From an uncultured Gemmatimonadaceae bacterium (GTDB taxonomy: Bacteria; Gemmatimonadota; Gemmatimonadetes; Gemmatimonadales; Gemmatimonadaceae), in the NCBI GenBank assembly GCA_963740355.1, contig CAVUDW010000003.1:800001-864000 (forward strand): a stretch of DNA of 64,000 bases. Direction: 5' to 3'. Under the pieces are notes generated by a model. The model had not been told where the DNA came from. It saw nothing but the letters and a program-made list of their open reading frames with translations, and did not search any database. Below, piece after piece: positions 41,236 to 51,782 of this stretch (the first letter of the stretch is position 1; every line of letters starts with the position of its first letter). Made by a program: the position numbers and the translations under genes.

Positions 41236-42138
41236 TTGTTGACCCGACGCATCCTCATTCTGGCCACGATCCTCGGCACACTCTGTGGGCTGCCACTGTC
41301 CGCGCAGCGTCCGGTGAAGGTGTTCATCTCGGTCGACATGGAGGGCATCGGTGGCGTGGTCACGTCCGAGCAACTCAGCCCGACGGGATTCGAGTACGCG
41401 AAGTTCCGCGAGTACATGACTGCTGAGGCACTCGCGGCGATCGAGGGTGCGCGACAGGGCGGCGCAACCGAGTTCGTGGTCGCCGACGCGCATGGCAACA
41501 TGCAGAACCTGCTCATCGACAGGTTCCCGGTTGGGGTGAGTATCGTCCGCGGATCACCGCGGCCGCTGATGATGATGCAGGGCATTGACTCGACATTCAG
41601 CGCCGCAATGTTCATCGGGTACCACGCTGCCACCACCAACGCGCAAGGCGTGCGCGCACACACCATTTCCAGCGCGACGTTTTCCGCCGTGAAGTTGAAT
41701 GGTCGACCGATGGCAGAATCAGCCATCAACGCGACGGTCGCCGGGTCCTTCGGCGTGCCCGTGGTGATGGTGTCCGGCGACGAACAGGCCGTGGCCGAGG
41801 TGCAGTCGCTTTTGGGCAACGTGGAAGGGGCTGTCGTCAAACGCTCGATCAGCTTTCACGCAGCCGTGGTCATGACGCCCGAGGCATCCCAGGCCATCAT
41901 CCGCAGCAAGGCGAAGGCGGCAATGCTCCGACTGAGCGAGTTCAAGCCGATGCCGGCGCGCGGGCCATTCATGCTGGAGCTCTCCTTCAAGAGCTATACG
42001 CCGGCTGAAATGATGGCCTACATGCCCGGCGTGGACCGGGTGGACTCACACACGATCCGCTTCCGTGCGGCGTCCATTGTAGACATCTCGCGATTCCTTG
42101 AGTTTGTCACCAGCTATCGCGCGGATCTCACGCCGTAG
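41236..42138 (+). CDS. M55 D-aminopeptidase (DppA family) with signal peptide
   Basis: ISVDMEG, VADAHG, FIGYHA, AHT, VSGD. Confidence 0.9.
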   Translation: MLTRRILILATILGTLCGLPLSAQRPVKVFISVDMEGIGGVVTSEQLSPTGFEYAKFREYMTAEALAAIEGARQGGATEFVVADAHGNMQNLLIDRFPVGVSIVRGSPRPLMMMQGIDSTFSAAMFIGYHAATTNAQGVRAHTISSATFSAVKLNGRPMAESAINATVAGSFGVPVVMVSGDEQAVAEVQSLLGNVEGAVVKRSISFHAAVVMTPEASQAIIRSKAKAAMLRLSEFKPMPARGPFMLELSFKSYTPAEMMAYMPGVDRVDSHTIRFRAASIVDISRFLEFVTSYRADLTP

Positions 42139-42184
42139 CGCGCGGATCACTTCGGGAACAGGAGACCTTCGCATCATCGTGTCG

Positions 42185-42433
<249 letters not shown>

Positions 42434-42530
42434 GTCGCCGCTGGTCTTCAACGTCATGGCGTTCAGCCCGCTGGTGTCAGCGGAGTTGCTGCGACGTCGC
42501 ATCGACGTCCGTCCTCTTATCCGAGTAGCT

Positions 42531-42983
42531 GTGTCAGCGTCGTGGGTTCCAGTCTCGTTCGAGACCTGTGCGTACGTGCAGGGCCCCTTCTATCATGGAA
42601 CGCGCGCCACGCTGTCCGTGGGCGACCTGTTGACGACGGGGCACGAAACGCATTTCGAAAGTGGTCGGGTACTCAAGCACCTGTATTTCGCTGCACTGAT
42701 GGAGCCAGCGATCTGGGGGGCCGAGCTCTCGATTGCTTTGTCCGGGTCGTCCGGGCGCGGCCACATCTATGTGGTGGAGCCAACTGGGCCGTTCGAGGAT
42801 GACCCCAATTTGACCAACAAGCGCTTTCCGGGGAATCCCACGCGGTCCTATCGTTCGCGCGACCCACTGAGAATCGTCGGTGTGGTGTCTGACTGGCAGG
42901 GACACTCTGCTGAAATCATTCGGGGAATGCTGGACTCCCTGGACAACCTGAAGCGCCAGGGTCTGTCCGTGATCGAGGAGTAG
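42531..42983 (+). CDS. arr: NAD(+)-rifampin ADP-ribosyltransferase
   Basis: 150 aa from GTG; QGPFYHGT, HLYF, WGAEL, YVVEPTGPFEDDPNLTNKRFPGNPTRSYRS. Confidence 0.95.
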   Translation: MSASWVPVSFETCAYVQGPFYHGTRATLSVGDLLTTGHETHFESGRVLKHLYFAALMEPAIWGAELSIALSGSSGRGHIYVVEPTGPFEDDPNLTNKRFPGNPTRSYRSRDPLRIVGVVSDWQGHSAEIIRGMLDSLDNLKRQGLSVIEE

Positions 42984-43159
42984 GGCCGGCTCGACCTGGC
43001 ATCGGTTACTGCAGACGAGCGTCTTCAGAAGCGCGCTGCGCGCGAGTCTATGTCGATGTTGCACGCAAATTGCAGGCTGGGCGAGTACCGCTACGAGCCC
43101 GCCCCAGTCCCGCACGTTGTCTCGTGCGACACGTCTTGTTCAACTTCTTCGGAGTACCT

Positions 43160-43375
43160 GTGAACACATCCAAGGTCGTCGGTTTGATTCTTCTCGTTGG
43201 TGGAGCACTTGCTCTAGCCTTCGGAGGCTTCTCGTACACAAAAAACACCAGCGCGGTGAAAGTCGGGCCTGTTGAACTCGCGGTGAAGGAGAAGGAGTCC
43301 GTCAACGTCCCGCTTTGGGCCGGGGTCGCAGCCGTCGTTGCTGGTGGCTTGCTTCTCGCAGTCGGCAAAAAGTAG
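43160..43375 (+). CDS. Small two-TM membrane protein
   Basis: GGAG RBS plus GTG; TM - GGFSYTK..VGPVEL - TM pattern. Confidence 0.7.
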   Translation: MNTSKVVGLILLVGGALALAFGGFSYTKNTSAVKVGPVELAVKEKESVNVPLWAGVAAVVAGGLLLAVGKK

Positions 43376-43421
43376 CTGGCAGCTGCCTTCCATCCGTTCT
43401 GATAACACCGGCAACTGACGC

Positions 43422-43461
43422 AAAACGGCCCCCGCACCGGTATCTCCGATGCGGGGGCCGT
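43422..43461 (-). terminator. Rho-independent terminator
   Basis: ACGGCCCCCGCACCGG-loop-CCGATGCGGGGGCCGT with a T-run on the minus strand. Confidence 0.75.
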
Positions 43462-43475
43462 GCGCCATGTGCTGA

Positions 43476-43622
43476 TTACTTCTTCGATTCCTTCAGGTAT
43501 GGATCGGCGATGAGCAGTTGGAACTGCCCGCGACGGTCGGCGGCGTTTGCGACCTCACCCGGTCCTTTGACGACCAGGTTGTTCTCGCCACGAGTCGTGA
43601 TGTCGATTCGATCCTGATCTAC
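43476..43622 (-). pseudogene. Probable C-terminal fragment of an OmpA/Pal-family gene
   Basis: VDQDRIDITTRGENNLVV....ANAADRRGQF matches the RI..x.GE..A.NRR pattern of OmpA-like domains; no plausible start. Confidence 0.6.
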
Positions 43623-43731
43623 GGGCCGAGCGCGGACGAAAATCCGTCGGCGTAGTTGAAGATGACGGTGATGGTGAGTCGACGAATTGACCTCGCACCA
43701 GCGCGCACTATTGCGCGCTGTTGCGGCTGAA

Positions 43732-44115
43732 TCACCCGCGGCGCGCCACCAACTCGATCTCCACCTGCGCATTCAGTGGCAGCCCCGCCACCGCCACCGT
43801 GGTGCGCGCCGGATGCGGCGCGTCGAAGCGCACGGCGTACGCCCCATTCATCGCTGCAAAGTTGGCCATGTCGGTCAGATAGACGTTGCACTTGATGACG
43901 TCGCCCATCGTCAGCCCGGCGTCCTTGAGCGCTCCCTCGAGGTTGTCGAACACCCGATGCGTCTGCGAGGCGACATCGCCGTCGATCAGCTTGCCGGTGG
44001 CGGGGTCGATCGGCGTCTGGCCGGAGAGATAGAGCAGGTCGCCGGCCCAGATTCCATGTGAGTAGGGGCCGATGGCGGCGGGAGCGGAGGGCGCGTGGAG
44101 GTGGGTGCGGGGCAT
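43732..44115 (-). CDS. RidA/YjgF/UK114-family protein
   Basis: APAAIGPYS, YLSGQ, FAAMNGAY, PARTTVAVAGLP..VEIE. Confidence 0.93.
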   Translation of the reverse strand: MPRTHLHAPSAPAAIGPYSHGIWAGDLLYLSGQTPIDPATGKLIDGDVASQTHRVFDNLEGALKDAGLTMGDVIKCNVYLTDMANFAAMNGAYAVRFDAPHPARTTVAVAGLPLNAQVEIELVARRG

Positions 44116-44341
44116 GGGGCGTTCCGGTGAGTGAGAATGACGGACGACACGGACACGATACTCACGGCGCACCGTGCCGCGTTGCTGCGGGCGAGGCAGG
44201 TGCGGAGTCAACGATACCAGCGTGCCGCCTGTTGCAACGATGGCCGCCCGCCGAGATTGCGTGTCGACGCCGGTGCGCCACCGACGCGACTGATCCGGCT
44301 CAGGTCCGGAACCATCCATATACAGCATTCCGGAGCACCCT

Positions 44342-45505
44342 GTGACGGATTCCACCGCACGACGTGATTTCCTGAAAGCCGGTGCGGCACTCGCATCGCT
44401 GAGCGTGATCCCGGATCGCTTCAGCACCGCGATGGCCGCGCCGCCGGCTGACACCTCAGTGAACATGTCGCATGACGGTCTGGTCCTGACGCCGCGCGAC
44501 TACTCCGCGCTCTTGCAGCGGATCACGGCCGACGGCAGGACCGAGGAGGACTACTACTCGCAAGGTGGCCCGGTCACGCAACTCGAGGCTGCCTGCGCGC
44601 GGCTCCTCGGTAAGGAGGCTGCCGTCTTCATGCCGACGGGTACGCTGGCCAACCACCTCGCCATCCGCGCGTTGGCCGGTGTCGATCGGCGCGTCATCGT
44701 GCAGCACGAAAGTCACCTGTTCAACGACACCGGTGACTGCGCGCAGACCCTGAGTCAGTTGACGCTGATGCCACTGGCACGCGGTCAGGCGACCTTCACC
44801 AAGTCCGATGTCGAAGAGGTCGTGGGCCGCACTGCGTCCGGCCGCGTCGCAACACGCGTCGGGGCGATCTCGATCGAGACGCCGGTGCGTCGCAAGGCCG
44901 GCGAGCAGTTCGCCATCAATGACCTGCGAGAGGTGACGGCGTTCGCGCGACAGCAGGGGATCCGGCTTCATCTCGACGGCGCACGAATGCTGCTCGCGTC
45001 AGCATACTCTGGCATGGCACCCTCGGAGTACGGCGCGATGTTCGACACCGTGTACATCTCGCTGTGGAAGGGCCTCAATGCCGCATCGGGCGCCATTCTC
45101 GCGGGTCCAAAATCGCTGCTCGACGGCATGTATCACACGCGCCGGATGTTCGGCGGCGGGTTGCCGCAAGCGTGGCCCTATGCGGCCGTTGCGCTGCACT
45201 ACCTCGACGGCTTCGTCGACCGCTTTCGAGCAGGTGTGCGGGTCTCAGAGGCGTTCATCTCCGAACTCGGTTCACGCGGCGGCGTGACGGCGGTTCGCAT
45301 TCCGAACGGATCGAACATCTTCCGTATTCCGTCAAATGGGATCGACGTACCTCGCGTCAGGACGGCACTGGCAGCACGCGGGATCGAGATCGCGGCTCCA
45401 CCGGCGGGAGCGACCGCGATCACACTGCAGGTGAATGAATCGTGGTCCCGTCGCAGCGGACCGGAGCTGGCATCGGAATTCCTGCGCGCGATGGGTCGTG
45501 CCTGA
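44342..45505 (+). CDS. Threonine aldolase-like PLP enzyme with Tat signal
   Basis: ARRDFLK signal, FMPTGTLAN, HLDGAR, ISLWKGL. Confidence 0.85.
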   Translation: MTDSTARRDFLKAGAALASLSVIPDRFSTAMAAPPADTSVNMSHDGLVLTPRDYSALLQRITADGRTEEDYYSQGGPVTQLEAACARLLGKEAAVFMPTGTLANHLAIRALAGVDRRVIVQHESHLFNDTGDCAQTLSQLTLMPLARGQATFTKSDVEEVVGRTASGRVATRVGAISIETPVRRKAGEQFAINDLREVTAFARQQGIRLHLDGARMLLASAYSGMAPSEYGAMFDTVYISLWKGLNAASGAILAGPKSLLDGMYHTRRMFGGGLPQAWPYAAVALHYLDGFVDRFRAGVRVSEAFISELGSRGGVTAVRIPNGSNIFRIPSNGIDVPRVRTALAARGIEIAAPPAGATAITLQVNESWSRRSGPELASEFLRAMGRA

Positions 45506-45556
45506 CAGCACGGCGAGGCAACGTCGGGCACATGACCGACGCTGCCTGTCAACGAC

Positions 45557-46270
45557 TTACGCGACGGCTGCCGCCACCGTCTCCGCGTCGGCCACGCGCC
45601 CGTCAAACAGATGTACCTGTCGTTTTGCGTGCTTCGCGTACCGCTCATCGTGCGTCACCATGCAGATCGTCGCGCCATTGGCGTTCAGCTCCTGCAGGAG
45701 AGACATGACCGCCTCGCCGTTTTTCGAGTCCAGGTTCCCAGTAGGCTCGTCGGCCAGCAGGATCGCCGGATCACCCGCCACTGCCCGTGCCACGGCCACA
45801 CGCTGCTGCTGGCCGCCGGAGAGCTGCGGTGGGTAGTGCTTCGAACGGTGCGACATCTCGACACGGGCCAACGCCCGTTCCACGCGTGCCTTCCGGTCAG
45901 CCGCAGTGAGGTCGTTGCGGTAGGTGAGTGGCAGCTCGACATTCTCGGCAACCGTGAGGTCGCCAATCAGGTTGAATGCCTGGAAGATGAAGCCGATCTG
46001 CCGGTTGCGGACGCGCGCCCGCTCTGCCGGCGACAGCGTGGCGACAGCCTGCCCCGCGAGCGTGTAGCTGCCACCACTCGGCGCATCGAGGAGTCCGAGG
46101 ATCGAGAGTAGCGTCGTCTTGCCGCAGCCGGACGGGCCCGCGATCGCAACGTATTCGCCCTCGGAAATCGAGAAGTCGATCGATTGCAACGCGTGCGTCT
46201 CCATCTCATCGGTGACGAACACCTTGCGGATGCCCTGCATCTCGATCAACGGCCGGTCAGTCGCGCTCAT
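45557..46270 (-). CDS. ABC transporter ATP-binding protein (LolD/MacB type)
   Basis: GPSGCGKT, IGFIFQ, LSGGQQQR, LLADEPTGNLD, VTHD. Confidence 0.95.
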   Translation of the reverse strand: MSATDRPLIEMQGIRKVFVTDEMETHALQSIDFSISEGEYVAIAGPSGCGKTTLLSILGLLDAPSGGSYTLAGQAVATLSPAERARVRNRQIGFIFQAFNLIGDLTVAENVELPLTYRNDLTAADRKARVERALARVEMSHRSKHYPPQLSGGQQQRVAVARAVAGDPAILLADEPTGNLDSKNGEAVMSLLQELNANGATICMVTHDERYAKHAKRQVHLFDGRVADAETVAAAVA

Positions 46271-46296
46271 GTTGGTAGCCAGCGTTCGGGGTGAAA

Positions 46297-47541
46297 TCAC
46301 TTGAGCCTCACTCGTGCCGCAGTGGTATAGGCGGACATGTCGGACAGGATGACGCGATCACCAACGGCCAGGCCACCGATGATCTCGACGCTGTTGGCGG
46401 AATTGCGACCCAGTGTGACGGCCACGCGCACGGCTTCGCGACCATCGGGTGTGAGCCGGAAGAGGCTCGTCTGGCCACCGGGAACGGCGATGGCCGGCCG
46501 ACCGGTGTAGCGCACATTCGTGAGCTTCTCGATCTGAATCGTACCGTCCACGCTCAGATCCGGCACAGCCCCCTGCGGCAACGTGCCTTCGAGGGCGACA
46601 TCGATCGTGACACTCCCCTGCTGCGCCGCAGGGTCCTTTCGGATCACATGTCCACGCACGATCCCGTTGCGGGTATCGACGCTCGTCACCTGTCCGATCA
46701 CCACATCCTTGGCCTGCGACTCCGGAATGCGAAGGACCGCCTTCAGTCGGCCAGGCTGCACCACCTTCGCCAGCGTCGTGCCTTCTGGCACCCACTGTCC
46801 CAACTGCAGGGTGAGGTCCTGGAGCACTCCGGCTTCCGGCGCCCGGACTTCGAGCGCCCGCAGGCGCGCCTGCTGATTCGCGGCAATCGCGCGCAGCTGC
46901 GTCACCTGCCCTGCTTGCGTCGCGACCTGCGCATCGATCGACTCGCGCATCAGTTGCAGCCGATCCTGCTCCACGCGCAGTCGCGTCGTCATCTCCTCGG
47001 CTGCCGCGCGCCGATTCGCGACCTCGAAGTTCGCCGCCAATCGAAGGCGCGCCAGCGAATCGACGCCGGCAGCCTCCTGCACCGCGCTGAGATGCTGCGT
47101 CCGCGCGGTTGCGACGACCCCTTCCTGCGTGAGCAAGCCACTCCGCAAGTTTGTCCGCAGCGACAGCAATGCACTCTCTGCCTGTCGCACCTGCTGATCT
47201 GCCTGCATCGACTGCAATTGCAGATCAGGATTGGAGAGCTCGAGCAGCAACTCGCCGGCCTTCACGATCTGCCCCGCTTGCACGTGCACACGCTCGACCC
47301 GCGCCGAGGCTTGCGCCGTGATCCACCGGATCTGCTCAGGGGCCAGCGCACCAGGCGCGCGCACCTCGCGCACGATGTCACCCTGACGCACGGTATCGAC
47401 GAGGATCGCCGCCCGTTCGATGGTGGGGAGCGCGGCATCGAGCCTCGAGATGGCGACGACGCCGACCACCGCCAGCACTGCGCCACCCGCGATCAACAGC
47501 TTGCGGCCGTTTCGCTTCGGTGGGGTTCGAACGATGTCCAT
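46297..47541 (-). CDS. Periplasmic adaptor (MacA/HlyD-family membrane fusion protein)
   Basis: N-terminal TM, lipoyl-like halves (VQAGQIVKAG, VRAPEAG), coiled coil, EIIGGLAVGDRVILSD. Confidence 0.9.
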   Translation of the reverse strand: MDIVRTPPKRNGRKLLIAGGAVLAVVGVVAISRLDAALPTIERAAILVDTVRQGDIVREVRAPGALAPEQIRWITAQASARVERVHVQAGQIVKAGELLLELSNPDLQLQSMQADQQVRQAESALLSLRTNLRSGLLTQEGVVATARTQHLSAVQEAAGVDSLARLRLAANFEVANRRAAAEEMTTRLRVEQDRLQLMRESIDAQVATQAGQVTQLRAIAANQQARLRALEVRAPEAGVLQDLTLQLGQWVPEGTTLAKVVQPGRLKAVLRIPESQAKDVVIGQVTSVDTRNGIVRGHVIRKDPAAQQGSVTIDVALEGTLPQGAVPDLSVDGTIQIEKLTNVRYTGRPAIAVPGGQTSLFRLTPDGREAVRVAVTLGRNSANSVEIIGGLAVGDRVILSDMSAYTTAARVRLK

Positions 47542-47583
47542 GGTCACGGTCGTTCCTTACGAAAGGTTCGCGTGCGAGGCGCC

Positions 47584-50085
47584 TCAATCATGGCGAAGCG
47601 CCTGCATCGGATCAACGAGCGCCGCGCGGCGCGCTGGCACGAAGCCAGCGGCAAGGGCGACGAGGGCCAGCATGATCACGGAGAGCGAGAAGACCGACGC
47701 GTCGAAGCCCTCGAGGCCGAACAACAGCGCGCGCGCCGCCTTGCCGATCCCGATGGCCGCCGAGACGCCGATCACGCCGCCAAGCAGCGTCATCAGGCCC
47801 ACCTGCTTCATCACCATGCCACGTACCCGGGCGGCATTGGCACCAAGGGCCATGCGAACTCCGATCTCGCGGGTCCGCTGCGCCACACTGAACGCCAGCA
47901 TGCCATAGAGCCCGATCCCCGCCAGCAACGTCGCAATCACGGCGAACGCTGCCGAAAGGATGCTGATCATCCGGTCGAGGAAGACATTCTCCCGGATCTG
48001 CTGCGGCATCGACTTCAGTTCCTCCACCGGCACGGTCGGGTCCAGCTTCTTCATCACGGCCGGAATGGCCGACATCAGCTGCGCGATCGGGAGCGACGAG
48101 CGCACGTAGAAATGCAGCGCGCCGATGCTGTGATCCTGCCGCACCGCGTAGTAGAACACCGGTGGAATGGTGTCCTTCACGTCGCTGTACTTCATGTCGG
48201 GAACGAGTCCCACGATCTGCACACTCAGCGAATCCTTCGGTTCGCCGTCCACCATGAACTTGCCGACGGCGTCGCGACCGAGATTGAACTTTTTCGCAAA
48301 GGCCTCGTTCACGACCGCCACCTTTGCCCCGCCATAACCATCCGACTCGGCGATGTCGCGACCGGCGAGCATTCGGACGCCGAGCATCGTGAAGTAGCCC
48401 GGACCGACCTGGTTGAAGCGCGAACCATTGTCGACATCGGGACCGCTGGCGAAGCCCTGCACCTGCACACCCGATCCCCAACTCTCTCCGGACAGCAGCG
48501 GCACTCGGCTCGACGTGACACCGGTCACCCCAGGAATCGTCTTCAACTCTTCCTCGACGCGGGCGAGGTAGATCGCGGCACGCGTGGTATCCATGCCGGC
48601 GCGCACCGGCGACACAGCGAACGTTGCCAGATCGTTGACGGACATGCCAAGGTCGACACGACTGACGTTGCGCAGGCTCTTGAGGAATAGGCCGGCAGAC
48701 ACCAGCAATGCCATCGACAGTGCAATCTGCACGGTGACGAGCGTCGCGCGGAACCGAGCCGCAGCCTTGCCGCCCGTGATCTGGCCTGCGCCCGCACGAA
48801 TGATACCGATCAAGTCAGAACGCGTGCTGTGCAGCGCTGGGAAGAGGCCGAAGATCACCCCGGTGACGAGCGCCAGGCCAGCAGTGAAGACGATCACCTG
48901 CGGTTGCAGGTGGAACTGGATCGAGTTCGCGGAATCAGCCGGCATCAGCGACGCGATGAAACTCAACGTCACCTTCGCCACCACCAGGCTTGCTGCGCCA
49001 CCAATCAGCGCCAGCAACACCGACTCCGTCAGCAGCAACGACAGCAGCTGCCTGCGACTCGCGCCCAGTGCCAGCCGCACACCCATCTCCGCCGAGCGCC
49101 CTGCACCGCGCGCGAGCAGCAGATTCGCAATGTTGGCACAGGCGATGAGTAGCACCACCATCGTCACGCCCATCAGGAGATAGAGCGGCGACTTCGCCTC
49201 CTGATGCACACTACTCTGACCACGCCGACCATCTTCCACGGTCAGCGTCCGGGCACGGAAGCGTGTCTGCGTCTGGTCGCTCATGCCCTCCTGCAGCGGA
49301 AGCTCGACGTCGTTGATGATCGGGCGATAGAGCGCGTTGAGCGCCACCTTCGCCTGCTCGAGCGTGACGTCGGGCTTCCGCCGACCGAACACATACACCC
49401 AGTACGACCGGCGATTCTCGAAGTTCTTGAAGCCGACTTCGAGCTCTGCGCGCATGGAGATCGGCACGTACACCACCGGCTCGAATCCGAGCGTCGTGCC
49501 GTGAAAATCCTTCGGGGCCACACCGATCACCGTAAACGTCTTGCCGTTGATGCGAATCGACTTGCCGATGGCAGATGGCGACTCGCCAAAGCGGTCGCGC
49601 CAGAACTCGTAGCTCAACACGGTGACGAAGTTCGCGCCGATGACGGCATCATCCGACGGCGCCAAGAGTCGACCGGCCGCGGCCTGCAGTTGCAGGGTCG
49701 GGAAATACGATCCCGACACCATCACGCCCCGGCCTGTCAGCGGCTCGCCATCGATGGCCAGGCTCGGGCCGAACCCGCGATGCGCAGCGAGACCCGTCAG
49801 TGACTTTTGCGTCCGCTCGAGGTCGCGGTACATCGGGTAACTCAGCACGACTTCGCAACTGCCGGATTGCGAACACTGGGTCTGCCCGGGTTTCGGCCCT
49901 GGTGCGCCGAGATTGACCAGCTCACCCGGATTCGGCACCGGGAGCGGCCGCAGCAACATCTGGTCGAACAACGAGAAGATCGCGGAATTTGCACCGATGC
50001 CGAGGGCCAGCGAGAGCACGGCGATCGCCGTCACGAACGGCGTCTTGAGCAACATGCGCGCTGCGAGCCGCAGGTTACGGAGCAT
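47584..50085 (-). CDS. Duplicated MacB/FtsX-type ABC permease (ADOP family)
   Basis: [57 protein letters not shown]. Confidence 0.93.
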   Translation of the reverse strand: MLRNLRLAARMLLKTPFVTAIAVLSLALGIGANSAIFSLFDQMLLRPLPVPNPGELVNLGAPGPKPGQTQCSQSGSCEVVLSYPMYRDLERTQKSLTGLAAHRGFGPSLAIDGEPLTGRGVMVSGSYFPTLQLQAAAGRLLAPSDDAVIGANFVTVLSYEFWRDRFGESPSAIGKSIRINGKTFTVIGVAPKDFHGTTLGFEPVVYVPISMRAELEVGFKNFENRRSYWVYVFGRRKPDVTLEQAKVALNALYRPIINDVELPLQEGMSDQTQTRFRARTLTVEDGRRGQSSVHQEAKSPLYLLMGVTMVVLLIACANIANLLLARGAGRSAEMGVRLALGASRRQLLSLLLTESVLLALIGGAASLVVAKVTLSFIASLMPADSANSIQFHLQPQVIVFTAGLALVTGVIFGLFPALHSTRSDLIGIIRAGAGQITGGKAAARFRATLVTVQIALSMALLVSAGLFLKSLRNVSRVDLGMSVNDLATFAVSPVRAGMDTTRAAIYLARVEEELKTIPGVTGVTSSRVPLLSGESWGSGVQVQGFASGPDVDNGSRFNQVGPGYFTMLGVRMLAGRDIAESDGYGGAKVAVVNEAFAKKFNLGRDAVGKFMVDGEPKDSLSVQIVGLVPDMKYSDVKDTIPPVFYYAVRQDHSIGALHFYVRSSLPIAQLMSAIPAVMKKLDPTVPVEELKSMPQQIRENVFLDRMISILSAAFAVIATLLAGIGLYGMLAFSVAQRTREIGVRMALGANAARVRGMVMKQVGLMTLLGGVIGVSAAIGIGKAARALLFGLEGFDASVFSLSVIMLALVALAAGFVPARRAALVDPMQALRHD

Positions 50086-50147
50086 AGATGTGATCCTTGG
50101 CGGATGAGAAGGACGCAGCGCACCCGGATCGGGGGCTCGGCGGTTCT

Positions 50148-50173
50148 GACGTAGCGGGACGCGGAAAGGTTTC
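50148..50173 (-). promoter_or_regulatory. Putative ECF-sigma promoter for the permease operon
   Basis: Minus strand GAAACC-N16-CGTC about 60 nt upstream of the permease ATG. Confidence 0.45.
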
Positions 50174-50265
50174 TTTTGCCCGCTGTGCCCCCCGCCGCGC
50201 GGATCAGTTCACAGCAGATCGGGCAGATGCGGCAGCGCGGGTGGCACTGCCCACCCGTGACCAGG

Positions 50266-51621
50266 TCACGGGAACGGGCGTGGGCGCGGCTGCGGCCAGG
50301 GCCACGGATCGGTCGCACGACGGCCGGCGAGCGAACGCACCGCAGCCTCCCGAACCGAGGCGTCGCTCGACTCGAGCAGCTCGGTCAGCAGCCCTTCCGA
50401 CCGCTCACCCGTCTCGATCAACGCGCGAAGCTGCGCGCGACGCACTTTCGAGTCCTTCTCACGCTTGATCGCGGCATTCAGCGCCGGCACGGCGGCCCGG
50501 TCGCGAATTTCGCCAAGGGCCCACGACGCCTTCAGTCGGATCTCGTCATCGGCATCGCTCAGCGCAGCGATCAATCCCGGCGGTGCGGTGCGCGTCTCGA
50601 TGTTGCCCAGTGCCCATGCCGCCGTGCCACGCACCTCACGGTCGGAATCGCGGGCCAGCACTTCGCCCAACACGCCCGCCGCGTCGGACGCCTCGCGTTC
50701 ACCGAGTGCCCACACCGCCGTCTCGCGCACCTTGGCATCACTGTCCTTCTGCGCCGAGATCTTGAGGCCGGTCACGCCAGCCTGCGAGTCGATGTTGCCG
50801 AGCGCCCAGGCGCACATCTCGCGGACACGCGGATCAGCATCACGCGACAGCACTTCGGCGATGTCCCGTGCGGCGGCTTCGGCCTCGAGATTCCCGAGCG
50901 CCCAGGCGGCTGTGCGGCGCACCGACGCAACGCGATCCTCGCGCAGCACCCGCAGCAACGCAGGCACGGCGCTGCTGGAGTCCATCTGCCCAATCGCACC
51001 GACACTCGCTTCGCGCACCGTGGAATCGGCATCGGCCAGCGTCGCGATGAGCGGACGAAGCGCGCTGCCGTCTTCGAACCGCCCGAGTGCCCACGCGGCA
51101 TTTGCACGAACACCAGCCGATGGATCACGCAGCGCCTTCGTGATCGCGGAGGTCGCGGCCTTCGGCTCCAGCAATCCGAGGCCGAGCACCGCCGTTTCGC
51201 GCACGGATGAATCGGAATCCGACAGGCGTGTCAGCAGCCCCGCAATCGCTTCGTTGCCACCAACTCGACCAAGGATGCGGACGGAGATCGCCCGCACGCA
51301 GCGGTCCATCGAGGAAACGTTCTCCAGCAGCAACTGCACATCGGGACCTGACGCCATCTCACTCCGTTCTTCGTCATCGTGCGAGAGTCGCACCGGCGGC
51401 AGTGGCGTGTGTGGCGCCGTGAGGTGCCCGCCGCCGTACCAGCCGCGCTGACCGATCGCATCAGCAGCCAACGAGCAGACGGTTTCTGGCGCACCGCGTG
51501 CAGCAGTCAACAGCGCTCGCAGATCGTTCGCGATCGCGGCTGGCGCATGCGCCTCGGCGACGGACCCACGTGAACAGGCGATGATCGCTCCAGCGATCAC
51601 AAGGGCAAAGCTTCGAACCAT
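50266..51621 (-). CDS. HEAT-repeat lipoprotein or secreted protein
   Basis: Lipobox-like IIAC; about 10 repeats of VRxxAxWALG; C-terminus PWPWPQPRPRPFP. Confidence 0.88.
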   Translation of the reverse strand: MVRSFALVIAGAIIACSRGSVAEAHAPAAIANDLRALLTAARGAPETVCSLAADAIGQRGWYGGGHLTAPHTPLPPVRLSHDDEERSEMASGPDVQLLLENVSSMDRCVRAISVRILGRVGGNEAIAGLLTRLSDSDSSVRETAVLGLGLLEPKAATSAITKALRDPSAGVRANAAWALGRFEDGSALRPLIATLADADSTVREASVGAIGQMDSSSAVPALLRVLREDRVASVRRTAAWALGNLEAEAAARDIAEVLSRDADPRVREMCAWALGNIDSQAGVTGLKISAQKDSDAKVRETAVWALGEREASDAAGVLGEVLARDSDREVRGTAAWALGNIETRTAPPGLIAALSDADDEIRLKASWALGEIRDRAAVPALNAAIKREKDSKVRRAQLRALIETGERSEGLLTELLESSDASVREAAVRSLAGRRATDPWPWPQPRPRPFP

Positions 51622-51640
51622 GAGAACTCCCGAGTGGATT

Positions 51641-51658
51641 GTGTTGATTTTTCAGCAC
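51641..51658. promoter_or_regulatory. Putative BlaI-family operator upstream of the HEAT lipoprotein gene
   Basis: GTGTTGA-TTTT-TCAGCAC palindrome, matching three copies at 54346-54392. Confidence 0.7.
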
Positions 51659-51782
51659 TTCAGGGCAAAGGAACAGCGCGATATACGCGCGTTCCCGTCA
51701 TGCAGTGTTCGACTATTCCGAGCGATCCGAACGAAACGAGCGGTACGAGTAATCGAGCGAATATCTGGCGACGCGACGTCGC

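Noticed and set aside
46291..48690. 799-aa plus-strand ORF
   Set aside because: Antisense shadow of the adaptor and permease genes.
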